Shown here in pieces: positions 18,504 through 27,351 of a stretch of 64,000 nt of DNA. Within the stretch, counting starts at the first letter, position 1. Every line of letters starts with the position of its first letter. The translations under genes and the position numbers were made by a program. The notes below the pieces were generated by a model. It was not told where the DNA came from, searched no databases, and was given only the letters and a program-made list of their open reading frames with translations. Source of the stretch: Mycobacterium phage prophiGD15-1; sequence record MW584180.1. One strand, given 5' to 3'.

Positions 18504-18544
18504 ACACCGCTGATCCCGTTGAAACGCGGGATAATTGAGGTATG
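18501..18544 (+). repeat. conserved stop-to-start intergenic motif copy 5
   Basis: TAGACACCGCTGATCCCGTTGAAACGCGGGATAATTGAGGTATG. Confidence 0.7.
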
Positions 18545-18709
18545 AACGACGAATTGAGCTTCCTGCTTGAGGCGTCGCCGGAAGAGTGGGATACCTTCAT
18601 TGGATGCCCACATACAGGCAAGTCCTACACGGAAGTGGGACGGCTAACCGGCGAGGTGTTCACGCGCTGCTGCGACTGTCACACGGCTTTGCCTAATCTC
18701 CCGTCCTAG
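18542..18709 (+). CDS. hypothetical 55-aa protein with C..C / C.C motifs
   Basis: ORF from motif ATG. Confidence 0.35.
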   Translation: MNDELSFLLEASPEEWDTFIGCPHTGKSYTEVGRLTGEVFTRCCDCHTALPNLPS

Positions 18710-18983
18710 CTGAATCCCTTTGGGAGGTAATCATGCTTGATGGTCAACCGTTGGGCGAGTACCCGGAACTGGGGCCGACGCACACCGCCGAGTATTTCGA
18801 GCTCCTAACACTGGCCTACTTAGCCAGGCTCATGGGTTACCACATCTAGTGCCATGCCCCTCACTGCTAACCAGCTCCGCATCCTAGAGGCGTTGCAGCG
18901 GTTACGTATAGCCCGTACTGAGGGCGATGTTGACGCCGAGCTCGTGGCCTACAGCCGCATGGATGAGCTACTGGATCGTGAAC

Positions 18984-19286
18984 CTAGGGGCATAGGTTCC
19001 GTTTCGCCGATCGCGCCATAGCCAACAGATTGGCTGGTGTCGCGTTCGGATAGTTGGAGTGCGAGGCGACCTGCTCGGGGGTTTCCCCGTTGCGCAAGTC
19101 ATTGCACATGCCGTTCCCGGCGGCCAGTAGGAACGGCCGGGACTGCCACATCACTTGAAAACCCTGCCCGGACAGTTCGTCCAGGTAGGCGTCATCGTCC
19201 GCGTACGCCGCGGGCGCGAAAACAATGCTGGCCGCTACGGCGGCTGCAGCTGCGATCTTGATCATTGGCGGATCGTAGACCTCCAC
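18984..19286 (-). CDS. secreted DUF732-like protein (minus strand)
   Basis: signal peptide IKIAAAAAVAASIVFAPAAYA, mature domain with Cys...Cys-Pro end; only confident minus-strand gene inside the phage body. Confidence 0.55.
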   Translation of the reverse strand: MEVYDPPMIKIAAAAAVAASIVFAPAAYADDDAYLDELSGQGFQVMWQSRPFLLAAGNGMCNDLRNGETPEQVASHSNYPNATPANLLAMARSAKRNLCP

Positions 19287-19394
19287 CCCGACGGGTACAG
19301 GCGAAACGGGAGATCAGATGGCCGTGCAGCACTGCGAGTACTGCGGCCGCCGCCTCCGGTACGACTGCTGCCCGCACTGTGAAGAGGGTGAGTA

Positions 19395-20657
19395 GTGCTC
19401 GGGGTAGCGATCACCACCCACAACCGCCGAGATGTCCTCCTCAACGCGTTAACGCACTGGATCGAGCACACCTCGGCTGATGTGCCAATTGTCGTTGTGG
19501 ACGACGGCAGCGACGAGCCCCTATGCCTTGAAGGCTGGCGCGGTATCCCGGTGCATCGAGTTCCTAGCGTGAGCGTTGTTCGCCATCCACAACCTATGGG
19601 GATAGCGGTGGCGAAAAACCGTTGCATCGCCGAGCTCATGGACTTGGGGTGCGACCACCTGTTTCTCGCTGACGACGATGTGTGGCCCACCGTAGACGAG
19701 TGGTGGAAGCCTTACGTTGAGTCGCCGGAACCGCATCTGTCGTTCCAGTGGCCCAGCGGCGGCCGACACAGCGTCACCCACCAAGACGAGCAGCATTTCG
19801 CCATCGGATTCCCCCGCGGAGTTCTCCTATACGCCGAACGCCGAGTGATCGACACGGTGGGCGGCATGGACACCGGATATGGGGCGCACGGCGGCGAACA
19901 CGTCGACTGGTCACAGAGAATCCACGACGCAGGGTTGACGCGATGGCCGTTCGCCGATGTCCGAGGATCACACAACTTGATCTACTCCCGCGACAAAGCC
20001 GAAGGAAACCGAACAGGTTCTTCCCGGTTTGAGCTTCCCGAGCGTGCCCGGATGTGTGAGGCCAATGGAAACCGTTGGGGCCACAAGCACCCAACATGGC
20101 CGTACTTTCCATTCCGGGGAGGCGAGGGCGTCCAGGACTACCAGTTAGGCCCGTACTTCCCGCCCGCGGAGCATTATTCGCTGCTGCGGCATGTGGTCGG
20201 TTTGAGACCTTCCGGTGTGGCTTTGGAGTTTGGGGTGGGTAAAGGCGAATCGACCCGCATCATTGCCGAGCACATGCCGGTGATCGGATTCGACAGCTTC
20301 ACCGGACTGCCTGAGGATTGGCGCGACGGATTCCCTAAGGGGTCGTTCGCGCATAAACCACCAGCCATCAACAACACTCGCCTAGTGATAGGTCGGTATG
20401 CCGACACCCTGCCAGGGTTCACGTTCCCTGAGTGTGGTTTGGTGCATATCGACTGCGACCTGTACTCGTCCACGGCAACAGCTCTGGAATATCTACAGCT
20501 CAAGCCTGGAACTTATGTCGTTTTTGATGAGTGGCACAGCTACGACGGCTGCGAAGACCACGAGATGAAAGCCTGGCGCGAATATGCCGACCGCACCGGC
20601 ATCAACTGGTGTGTGGTTGGGCATTCGCATGAGGCTTGGGCGATTCGGATCACCTAG
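19395..20657 (+). CDS. bifunctional family-2 glycosyltransferase / TylF-MycF-type SAM-dependent O-methyltransferase fusion
   Basis: N-terminus GVAITTHNRRDVLLNALTHWIEHTSADVPIVVVDDGSDEP (GT-A, DxD); C-terminal half LEFGVGKGESTRIIAEH...VHIDCDLYSSTATALEYL...LKPGTYVVFDEW (class I MT, macrocin-O-MT like). Confidence 0.65.
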   Translation: MLGVAITTHNRRDVLLNALTHWIEHTSADVPIVVVDDGSDEPLCLEGWRGIPVHRVPSVSVVRHPQPMGIAVAKNRCIAELMDLGCDHLFLADDDVWPTVDEWWKPYVESPEPHLSFQWPSGGRHSVTHQDEQHFAIGFPRGVLLYAERRVIDTVGGMDTGYGAHGGEHVDWSQRIHDAGLTRWPFADVRGSHNLIYSRDKAEGNRTGSSRFELPERARMCEANGNRWGHKHPTWPYFPFRGGEGVQDYQLGPYFPPAEHYSLLRHVVGLRPSGVALEFGVGKGESTRIIAEHMPVIGFDSFTGLPEDWRDGFPKGSFAHKPPAINNTRLVIGRYADTLPGFTFPECGLVHIDCDLYSSTATALEYLQLKPGTYVVFDEWHSYDGCEDHEMKAWREYADRTGINWCVVGHSHEAWAIRIT

Positions 20658-20663
20658 GGAGTT

Positions 20664-21485
20664 GTGTTGCGAGTCATCCTCTTTGTGTTCGCGGGCCGTA
20701 AAGCCAATATGCAACTCCAGGTACCGTACATCAAACGCATCCTGGCTGAGCATCCGAATGTTGAATACGACATCTGGAACCTCGCCCGCGACCCCAAGGA
20801 CGCGGAGTATCTGCAAACCATCACGGGCGAGCGGATCACCGTCCGTAACGACTTCCATGGCGGATGCCATTGGACCGGTTTCAACAAGGTGTGGTGGTAC
20901 TACGCCCAACCCGAGTATCGGGACTGTTTGTTCGTCAAGGTCGATGACGATGACGTGTTCTTCGAGACCGCACGCTTCGGTGAATACCTTGAGGCGATAG
21001 ACAACAACCGCGGCAGCGTTGTCTCCGCGCTGACCGTGAACAACGGCGCCTCAACATGGTTGGAGCCGCTGATTTGGCGCGGCTTCGAGAACCTGAACAT
21101 CCCTTTGTTGGATGTGCACATGTCCGGCGACTACGCCCACATGTCACACGAGCATTTCCTGACCAATTGGCGGGATGTGACTGGTCAACCCAACCAGGTC
21201 ATCCCGACGACGGACTGGTTGTCGATCAACTGCATCGGACTCGACCACCCCACCCTGAAACGCATCGCAGACCTACTGGACACCCCTTCGCCTGCCCATA
21301 TCGCAGGCAGGGATTGGCCGCACGGCTTCAAGATCGGTGACGAAGGTGCAGCCAATATGCAGCCCCGAGTCATCCATAGAGGGTTTGTGGTGTCGCACCT
21401 ATCGTTTGGACCTCAAGAACTCCCCGATGAGACGTGGGACCAGCTGCGCGCTGGTTATGCGAAGGTCGCAGGGGAGTACCTGTGA
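20664..21485 (+). CDS. putative glycosyltransferase
   Basis: 273-aa ORF in glycosylation cluster, DDDD acidic motif (KVDDDDVFF); family not assignable by eye. Confidence 0.4.
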   Translation: MLRVILFVFAGRKANMQLQVPYIKRILAEHPNVEYDIWNLARDPKDAEYLQTITGERITVRNDFHGGCHWTGFNKVWWYYAQPEYRDCLFVKVDDDDVFFETARFGEYLEAIDNNRGSVVSALTVNNGASTWLEPLIWRGFENLNIPLLDVHMSGDYAHMSHEHFLTNWRDVTGQPNQVIPTTDWLSINCIGLDHPTLKRIADLLDTPSPAHIAGRDWPHGFKIGDEGAANMQPRVIHRGFVVSHLSFGPQELPDETWDQLRAGYAKVAGEYL

Positions 21486-22177
21486 ACGTCGCCGTGATCA
21501 TCCCGTTCCGGGACCGCGGTAAGGACCCTCTAAGGCCCGCGAATCTGCGACGCGTCCTGATGGGCATGGAGGGGCTGTACCGCATCCATGTTGTTGATGA
21601 CGGCCGCTCAGGCTATGAGTCGTTCAATCGATCCGCCGCATATAACCGCGGTGCCGACATGGTTGACGCCGATGTACTTATCTACTGCGAATCAGATCTG
21701 CTGGTCGACCCTATCCAGATTCGGGAAGCGGTCGCGCTGGCTTCGTTGACACCAGGTTTAGTCGTTCCGTTCTCACGCTTCATGGCCATTGCCCCCGAGG
21801 ACTCGGTTCGCGTCCGAGACCTTGAGTTAGAGCCCGAAGAAGCTGTATCGCATCAGGTCCGAGGCGACCGTCAGTCGATCGGTGCCGTCAATGTCGTCTC
21901 CCGGGAATCACTCTCACTGATCGGTCAATACGACGAGTCGTTTGAGGGTGCTTGGTATGACGATGACGCGATGTGCCGAGCGTTTGAGGTGTGCTGCGGC
22001 CCAACCCGCTTCATAGACGGCCCCGGATATCACCTGTACCACCTACCCGGCGCCAGCGGCGATCATTTGACCGACGCTGATCGTGCCGCCACTGAACGCA
22101 ACAAGGCCCGCTACCAGCTGTACCGGCAGGCAACAACACCGGAACGTATCCGCGAACTCACCGCAGGGGGTGTGTGA
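21482..22177 (+). CDS. GT-A fold glycosyltransferase (family 2 / galactosyltransferase-like)
   Basis: VAVIIPFRDRG start and DxD-like HVVDDG; GTGA overlap with upstream gene. Confidence 0.55.
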   Translation: MNVAVIIPFRDRGKDPLRPANLRRVLMGMEGLYRIHVVDDGRSGYESFNRSAAYNRGADMVDADVLIYCESDLLVDPIQIREAVALASLTPGLVVPFSRFMAIAPEDSVRVRDLELEPEEAVSHQVRGDRQSIGAVNVVSRESLSLIGQYDESFEGAWYDDDAMCRAFEVCCGPTRFIDGPGYHLYHLPGASGDHLTDADRAATERNKARYQLYRQATTPERIRELTAGGV

Positions 22178-22422
22178 TGGCCGACCATCTCATCACCGGC
22201 CCTGACGGCATCCAGTACACCTTGGCGGAGTGGGTGAACTCCCACATCGTTGGAACTTTCGAGCAGATGCTCCCCGGCGGGAAGACCCGCAAGGGCGGTG
22301 CCTGCTCGTGTGGGTGGCGCACCCCGCCTTTCGATCCTGTCGGTGATCGCGCTAAAGCGATGGCCGATGAACATAAGCGTCTAGAAGACCTCGCTGATGA
22401 GATGCGAAGGGAGAATGGTTAA
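22174..22422 (+). CDS. hypothetical protein
   Basis: ATGA-coupled 82-aa ORF. Confidence 0.35.
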   Translation: MMADHLITGPDGIQYTLAEWVNSHIVGTFEQMLPGGKTRKGGACSCGWRTPPFDPVGDRAKAMADEHKRLEDLADEMRRENG

Positions 22423-22838
22423 TGGCAGCCTTCGTGTACTTCACTGTGGCCGACACCTATCAGGCCATCGTCTCTGATGGGTCTGATGAGGGTAGCGAGC
22501 CGGATCTGAAGATGATTTCCGGCACGGTCACTTTCACTCCGTCGGTGAAGGAAGTGCTGGCCACCATCTCCGATATCCCCACCACGGTGCGTTTGGAGCC
22601 GATCATTGGCCGCATCGAGGAAGACGGTGTGCTGAAGACTCTCGATTCCACACCAGGTGTGAAGCTGCTCGCCAACACCGAAGCAATCGGGCCACTGCCT
22701 GAGCTGACGTATCGGGTGGACTTCACGAACGTGGTCTACAACCGCAAGACCAACCAGCGCATCGAACCGTTCCGGTTCGCCGCTGCCACAAGCGCCACCA
22801 CGCTGCGCTTGTCTTCGGTTGAGCGCCTGCCGCTTTAG
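22422..22838 (+). CDS. hypothetical protein
   Basis: 138-aa ORF. Confidence 0.4.
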   Translation: MAAFVYFTVADTYQAIVSDGSDEGSEPDLKMISGTVTFTPSVKEVLATISDIPTTVRLEPIIGRIEEDGVLKTLDSTPGVKLLANTEAIGPLPELTYRVDFTNVVYNRKTNQRIEPFRFAAATSATTLRLSSVERLPL

Positions 22839-22912
22839 GCACACGTACTAGGCGCCCCTACCCGTCCAAAGGTAGGACCAGTTAAGTCAAGTCGAGAATT
22901 GAGGGAACAACT

Positions 22913-23281
22913 ATGTCTGTCGACGTGATCCATGTGCCAGGCGGTATCGGTGGCCGCTACGAGGATTACTACTTTCCTGTCCAAGCGGCGCAGGTCCGAA
23001 ACCTGCTAGGCAAGATCCTGACCCATATCGAGGCCATGAACCTTCCACCGCGCGTTGAGAAGGCCAACAAAGACCTGGTCCGCCAATCCATCTGGGACTG
23101 GTGGTCCGACGCCATGGAGAACTCCACCACCTCAGCGGGCGGATGCATTGGGCCGATCGAGAACATTCGGGAAGCCCGCACATCTGACGACAAGCCAAAC
23201 CGATATGTGTGGCACACGACGGTTGGAGAGCTGGCGCCCAAGGCGCCGAAGATGTTCGTCACATACAGAGACAAGCGCTGA
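22913..23281 (+). CDS. hypothetical protein
   Basis: 122-aa ORF with RBS. Confidence 0.4.
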   Translation: MSVDVIHVPGGIGGRYEDYYFPVQAAQVRNLLGKILTHIEAMNLPPRVEKANKDLVRQSIWDWWSDAMENSTTSAGGCIGPIENIREARTSDDKPNRYVWHTTVGELAPKAPKMFVTYRDKR

Positions 23282-23499
23282 TGAGCGACGAGCAGTACTT
23301 CGGCCCCTTCTGGGTCGGCATCAAGACTCGAGATTTCTGCGGTAAGCGCCTACCGAAGCGAGATCATAAGCCGTGGATCGACGACGGCGTCTATGGGGAG
23401 ATCTACTGGGGCGATAGCGCGGGGGCCCGCGAGCTCGCGCAACATCTACTCGACGCAGCGGACGCCTATGACGCACTCGCTTCGGAGTTCAACTCATGA
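23281..23499 (+). CDS. hypothetical protein
   Basis: TGATG-coupled. Confidence 0.35.
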   Translation: MSDEQYFGPFWVGIKTRDFCGKRLPKRDHKPWIDDGVYGEIYWGDSAGARELAQHLLDAADAYDALASEFNS

Positions 23500-23699
23500 G
23501 ACCCGACGAACGCATGAACCAGCTCCAGCGAAGAGTGGTTAACCATGCCCTGGCGGATCGGATGCTGAAAGTATCGCGGGGCGAGCCGATATCCGTTATG
23601 CGGGGATGGGCCAAGGATGGAAAGACCTTTCACTTCCTTGAGCCAGACCTATCTGGCGTGGATTGGCACCATGAGATGCAGAGGCTTTGGTGGGCTTGA
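23496..23699 (+). CDS. hypothetical protein
   Basis: ATGA-coupled. Confidence 0.35.
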   Translation: MRPDERMNQLQRRVVNHALADRMLKVSRGEPISVMRGWAKDGKTFHFLEPDLSGVDWHHEMQRLWWA

Positions 23700-24328
23700 C
23701 CTACCGCATCGGCATAGTTGGCCATAACAAGCGGGCCGCCGCGGCCCATAACCTGATGGAAGCTACTGGTGCAGCGTTCCTGTCGTTAGACAACGGATCT
23801 AAGGGCTGCAACGGCAACCACCGCCATGTACTCGAGTGGCTATCCACCAGCCCTACTGAGTGGGTAGTTGTCCTTGAGGATGACGCCCAACCCATAGACG
23901 ACTTCCGCACACAGCTCGATAAAGCGCTCACCGCGGCCCCTTGTGACATTGTGTCCCTGTATTTGGGGACCAACTATCCGCGTCTATGGCAGCGCGGCAT
24001 ACAACGCGCCACAACCCAAGCCGACCAAACTGATTCGCCCTGGCTGGTATCCGAGCATCTACTACACGCAGTGGGGTATTGCATCCGCACCACCCTGGTA
24101 CCTGATCTTCTCGACGCCCTACCTGAGATGCCCATTGACGACGCCATCACCACATGGGCCAGAGACCAAGAGCACCGCATCGCCTACACATGGCCAAGCC
24201 TCGTAGACCACGAGGATGCGGACACCTTGATCTCCAAGCGCCCCACACGTAACGCCCCACGCAAGGCCCACCGCACAGGCACACGCACCCAATGGGCTGG
24301 CCCCACCGTAGAACTGGAGTACTGCTGA
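23687..24328 (+). CDS. putative glycosyltransferase (GT-A-like)
   Basis: VVVLEDDAQP acidic motif after a Rossmann-like N-terminus; assignment tentative. Confidence 0.3.
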   Translation: MVGLTYRIGIVGHNKRAAAAHNLMEATGAAFLSLDNGSKGCNGNHRHVLEWLSTSPTEWVVVLEDDAQPIDDFRTQLDKALTAAPCDIVSLYLGTNYPRLWQRGIQRATTQADQTDSPWLVSEHLLHAVGYCIRTTLVPDLLDALPEMPIDDAITTWARDQEHRIAYTWPSLVDHEDADTLISKRPTRNAPRKAHRTGTRTQWAGPTVELEYC

Positions 24329-24469
24329 TGCCCGAAGAGATGACTACGGCCGCCTTTCATGTCGATGCGGGCACGTCCCGTACGGAGCGCACCACAGTAA
24401 GTGCAACGTTCGAAGTCGTGGGTTGCGAAGCCGTGATTGATCTAGGTACCTCCTAAGGGGGATTCACTA

Positions 24470-24754
24470 ATGCCCGTCCTAGTCTGCTCACGAGGCAAGG
24501 AATACGTACACCCATCAGGCACGCACTACCTGTCCAGTCCCACCAATGTGCTGCACATCTTCAATGGTGAAACCAACGTCGCGTCCTACCGCGAATGGGA
24601 CTATGCCTGGATACCCAACGGAGAACCCGGCACAGGCCAACACGTCGACAACTCGATCAACTTCAACAGGCCAGTCGGTGTCACCACCGTGGAGGAGCAG
24701 CAGAAGCGCGCGCGTCTGCAGTTGTCCCGAGATGGCCATGCCCCGCGCACCTAG
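24470..24754 (+). CDS. hypothetical protein
   Basis: 94-aa ORF with AAGGGGG RBS. Confidence 0.35.
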   Translation: MPVLVCSRGKEYVHPSGTHYLSSPTNVLHIFNGETNVASYREWDYAWIPNGEPGTGQHVDNSINFNRPVGVTTVEEQQKRARLQLSRDGHAPRT

Positions 24755-25085
24755 AGTCTGCGCACACCCTGACTGCACAGAGCTGGTGCATGGCGCTAGG
24801 CGCTGCCCCCAGCATCAGGTAAGCGGCTGGTCCTCTAGTCCACGCACCGCATCCGCAGGACGCACAGGAACCAGCGCATGGAGACGCACCAGAGCCTACG
24901 TCCTACACCGCGACAACCACACATGCCAGATACGCGGACCACGATGCACCACCCACGCCACCGAAGTCGACCACATCAAACCAGTCAGCCTCGGCGGCAC
25001 AGACTTCGCAATCAACTGCCAAGCAACCTGCCACACCTGCCACGCCTGGAAAACCGCACAGGAAGCCAACACGGCCCGGCAATGA
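24732..25085 (+). CDS. HNH endonuclease (terminase-associated)
   Basis: CAHPDC...C..H...HTC...THATEVDHIKPVSLGG...N.QATCHTCH; immediately upstream of terminase genes. Confidence 0.6.
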   Translation: MAMPRAPRVCAHPDCTELVHGARRCPQHQVSGWSSSPRTASAGRTGTSAWRRTRAYVLHRDNHTCQIRGPRCTTHATEVDHIKPVSLGGTDFAINCQATCHTCHAWKTAQEANTARQ

Positions 25086-25211
25086 CCCCCTGGGGACCAC
25101 CCCCACCCCACCCCACGCCCCGACATCGGCCAGACGCCGTCTTTTCGGCCTGTACGGGTTCCCCAGCTTTTCCGGCCCCGAAACGGGGCGTCCAAGTCCC
25201 GAAACGGGAGG

Positions 25212-25673
25212 TTGATGATGCCTGGACCCACCAAGAAAGATCCGAGTCTGGTTGCTCGGCGCAATAAGACGACGACCAGGGCTGTTTTGTCTGCCGATCA
25301 CGACATTGAAGCGCCCGAGCTCCCTGCGGAGATCGCGTGGCATTCGATGACGAAGCGTTGGTGGGCTGATATTTGGTCGTCTCCGATGGCTCCCGAGTAT
25401 GCGGAGTCGGACATCAACGGTTTGTTGCGTGTGGCGATGTTGTACAACGACTTTTGGTTGGCGGAGACAGCGAAAGAGCGGGCTGAGATTCAGGTTCGGC
25501 TCGAGAAGGCCGATGTCGACTACGGAACTAACCCGATGGCTCGGCGCCGGCTGGAATGGCAGATCGAGCAGTCGGAGGATTCGAAGGCAAAGGGACAGAA
25601 GCGCCGCGGCGTCCCCAACCCCGCCCCGATGCCAGAACCCGACTCCGATCCGCGGCTCAAGCTAGTCCAATAG
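25212..25673 (+). CDS. terS: terminase small subunit
   Basis: position directly upstream of TerL; size ~150 aa; W-rich DNA-binding region. Confidence 0.5.
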   Translation: MMMPGPTKKDPSLVARRNKTTTRAVLSADHDIEAPELPAEIAWHSMTKRWWADIWSSPMAPEYAESDINGLLRVAMLYNDFWLAETAKERAEIQVRLEKADVDYGTNPMARRRLEWQIEQSEDSKAKGQKRRGVPNPAPMPEPDSDPRLKLVQ

Positions 25674-25680
25674 TCCCGCC

Positions 25681-27333
25681 ATGGCGGTTCTGATTGTTCC
25701 GCCGCTCGACCTGTCCTACCCGACATTGGGGCCGCAGGTCTGCCAGTTCATCGAAGAGCGGATGGTGTTCGGCCCCGGATCCCTATCGGGGCAGCCGGCA
25801 CGCCTCGATGACGAGAAGCGCGGCATCATCTACCGCCTCTACGAGATCTACCCGCAAGGGCACCGGCTTGCGGGGCGGCGCAGGTTTCAGCGTGGAGCCA
25901 TTGAGGTCCGTAAGGGGCTGGCGAAAACCGAGCTCGCCGCTTGGATATCGGGTTGCGAGCTGCACCCCGAGGCTCCGGTTCGGTGCGACGGGTTCGACGC
26001 CAGCGGCAATCCGGTCGGCCGGCCCGTGGAGTCGCCCGTCATTCCGATGATGGCGGTCACCGAGGAGCAGGTGGAAGAGCTCGCGTACGGCGTGCTCAAG
26101 TATGTGCTCGAAAATGGGCCTGACGCGGAACTGTTCGTGATCACTAAAGAGAAGATCATCCGAAAGGGCTGGAACGGAACCGAAGACGGCTTTGTCGTCG
26201 CGGTATCCAACGCCCCCGGATCCCGAGACGGTGCACGAACCACCTTCCAGCACTTCGATGAACCACACCGATTGTTCATGCAGCGGATGCGGGACGCGCA
26301 CGAAACGATGCTCCAGAACATGCCGAAGCGGCCCCTCGAGGATCCGTGGACGCTGTACACCTCCACCGCGGGCCAGCCGGGGCAGAACAGCATCGAAGAG
26401 GATGTTCTCGCCGAAGCGGAAGCTATCGACAAAGGTGAGGTTGACGACCCCAGCCTGTTCTTCTTCCGCCGATGGGCCGGCGACGAGCACCGCGACCTAT
26501 CCACTGTGGAGAACCGGATCGCAGCCGTCGCAGACGCCACCGGCCCCGTAGGGGAGTGGGGCGTCGGCCAGTTTGAGCGGATCGCAAAGGACTACGACCG
26601 CAAGGGCATCGACAAAGCCTACTGGGAACGGGTGTGGCTGAATCGGTGGCGCAAATCTGGCTACCAAGCGTTCGACATGCTCAAAGTCGAATCCCTGCGC
26701 TTCGAGGACGAAGACAAACCGTGGGGTCCGATACCGGACGCCGCGTTCGTCACCGCAGGGTTTGACGGCGCGAGGTTCCGTGACGCCACTGCACTCACCA
26801 TCACGGATATCGAGACCGGACGGCAGATGCTTTTGGGCTGCTGGGAGCGCCCTGAAAACGCTGAGGACTGGGAAATCCCAGAGGATGAGGTCACGGACCT
26901 AGTCACGGACATGATGTCCCGGTATGAGGTGTGGCGCATGTACTGCGACCCGCCCCACTGGACAGAAACCGTTGCTTCATGGGCGGCCCGATTCCCCGAT
27001 CAAGTTGTCGAGTGGTTCACCCAACGCAAAACGCCTATGGCCGCCGCGGTTAGGGCGTATGTCGAGGCTATCGATTCCGGGATTGTCACTTATGGCGAAA
27101 ACGCCTGGCAAGAGACGCTGATCAAGCATATGGGAAACGCTGGCAGACACGAGTTGAAGCTCCTTGACGACCAGGGAGCGCCGCTGTGGATCCTCCAGAA
27201 GCAAGACGGGCGCCTCGAGGACAAGTTCGACGCAGCAATGTCCGCGGTCCTGTCCTGGACAGCCTGTGTCGATGCTCGACGATCCGGGGCTAAGCCGCGG
27301 CCGAAATCTTATGTGCCGAGGCGCATCTACTAA
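25681..27333 (+). CDS. terL: terminase large subunit
   Basis: 550 aa; Walker-like ATPase N-domain and acidic nuclease C-domain; canonical position. Confidence 0.8.
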   Translation: MAVLIVPPLDLSYPTLGPQVCQFIEERMVFGPGSLSGQPARLDDEKRGIIYRLYEIYPQGHRLAGRRRFQRGAIEVRKGLAKTELAAWISGCELHPEAPVRCDGFDASGNPVGRPVESPVIPMMAVTEEQVEELAYGVLKYVLENGPDAELFVITKEKIIRKGWNGTEDGFVVAVSNAPGSRDGARTTFQHFDEPHRLFMQRMRDAHETMLQNMPKRPLEDPWTLYTSTAGQPGQNSIEEDVLAEAEAIDKGEVDDPSLFFFRRWAGDEHRDLSTVENRIAAVADATGPVGEWGVGQFERIAKDYDRKGIDKAYWERVWLNRWRKSGYQAFDMLKVESLRFEDEDKPWGPIPDAAFVTAGFDGARFRDATALTITDIETGRQMLLGCWERPENAEDWEIPEDEVTDLVTDMMSRYEVWRMYCDPPHWTETVASWAARFPDQVVEWFTQRKTPMAAAVRAYVEAIDSGIVTYGENAWQETLIKHMGNAGRHELKLLDDQGAPLWILQKQDGRLEDKFDAAMSAVLSWTACVDARRSGAKPRPKSYVPRRIY

Positions 27334-27351
27334 ATGACAGAAGGGAGTCCC

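Noticed and set aside
12432-18544. The five conserved 44-bp intergenic repeats considered as a CRISPR array
   Set aside because: Spacing between copies is 0.5-4.6 kb and each interval is a protein-coding gene. The repeats are bounded by stop and start codons, so they are not a CRISPR array.
24546-25085. 179-aa ORF as annotated in the six-frame track
   Set aside because: The N-terminal 62 codons overlap gene 24470-24754 in another frame and are low-complexity. The HNH domain begins at the internal ATG 24732, which is taken as the start.
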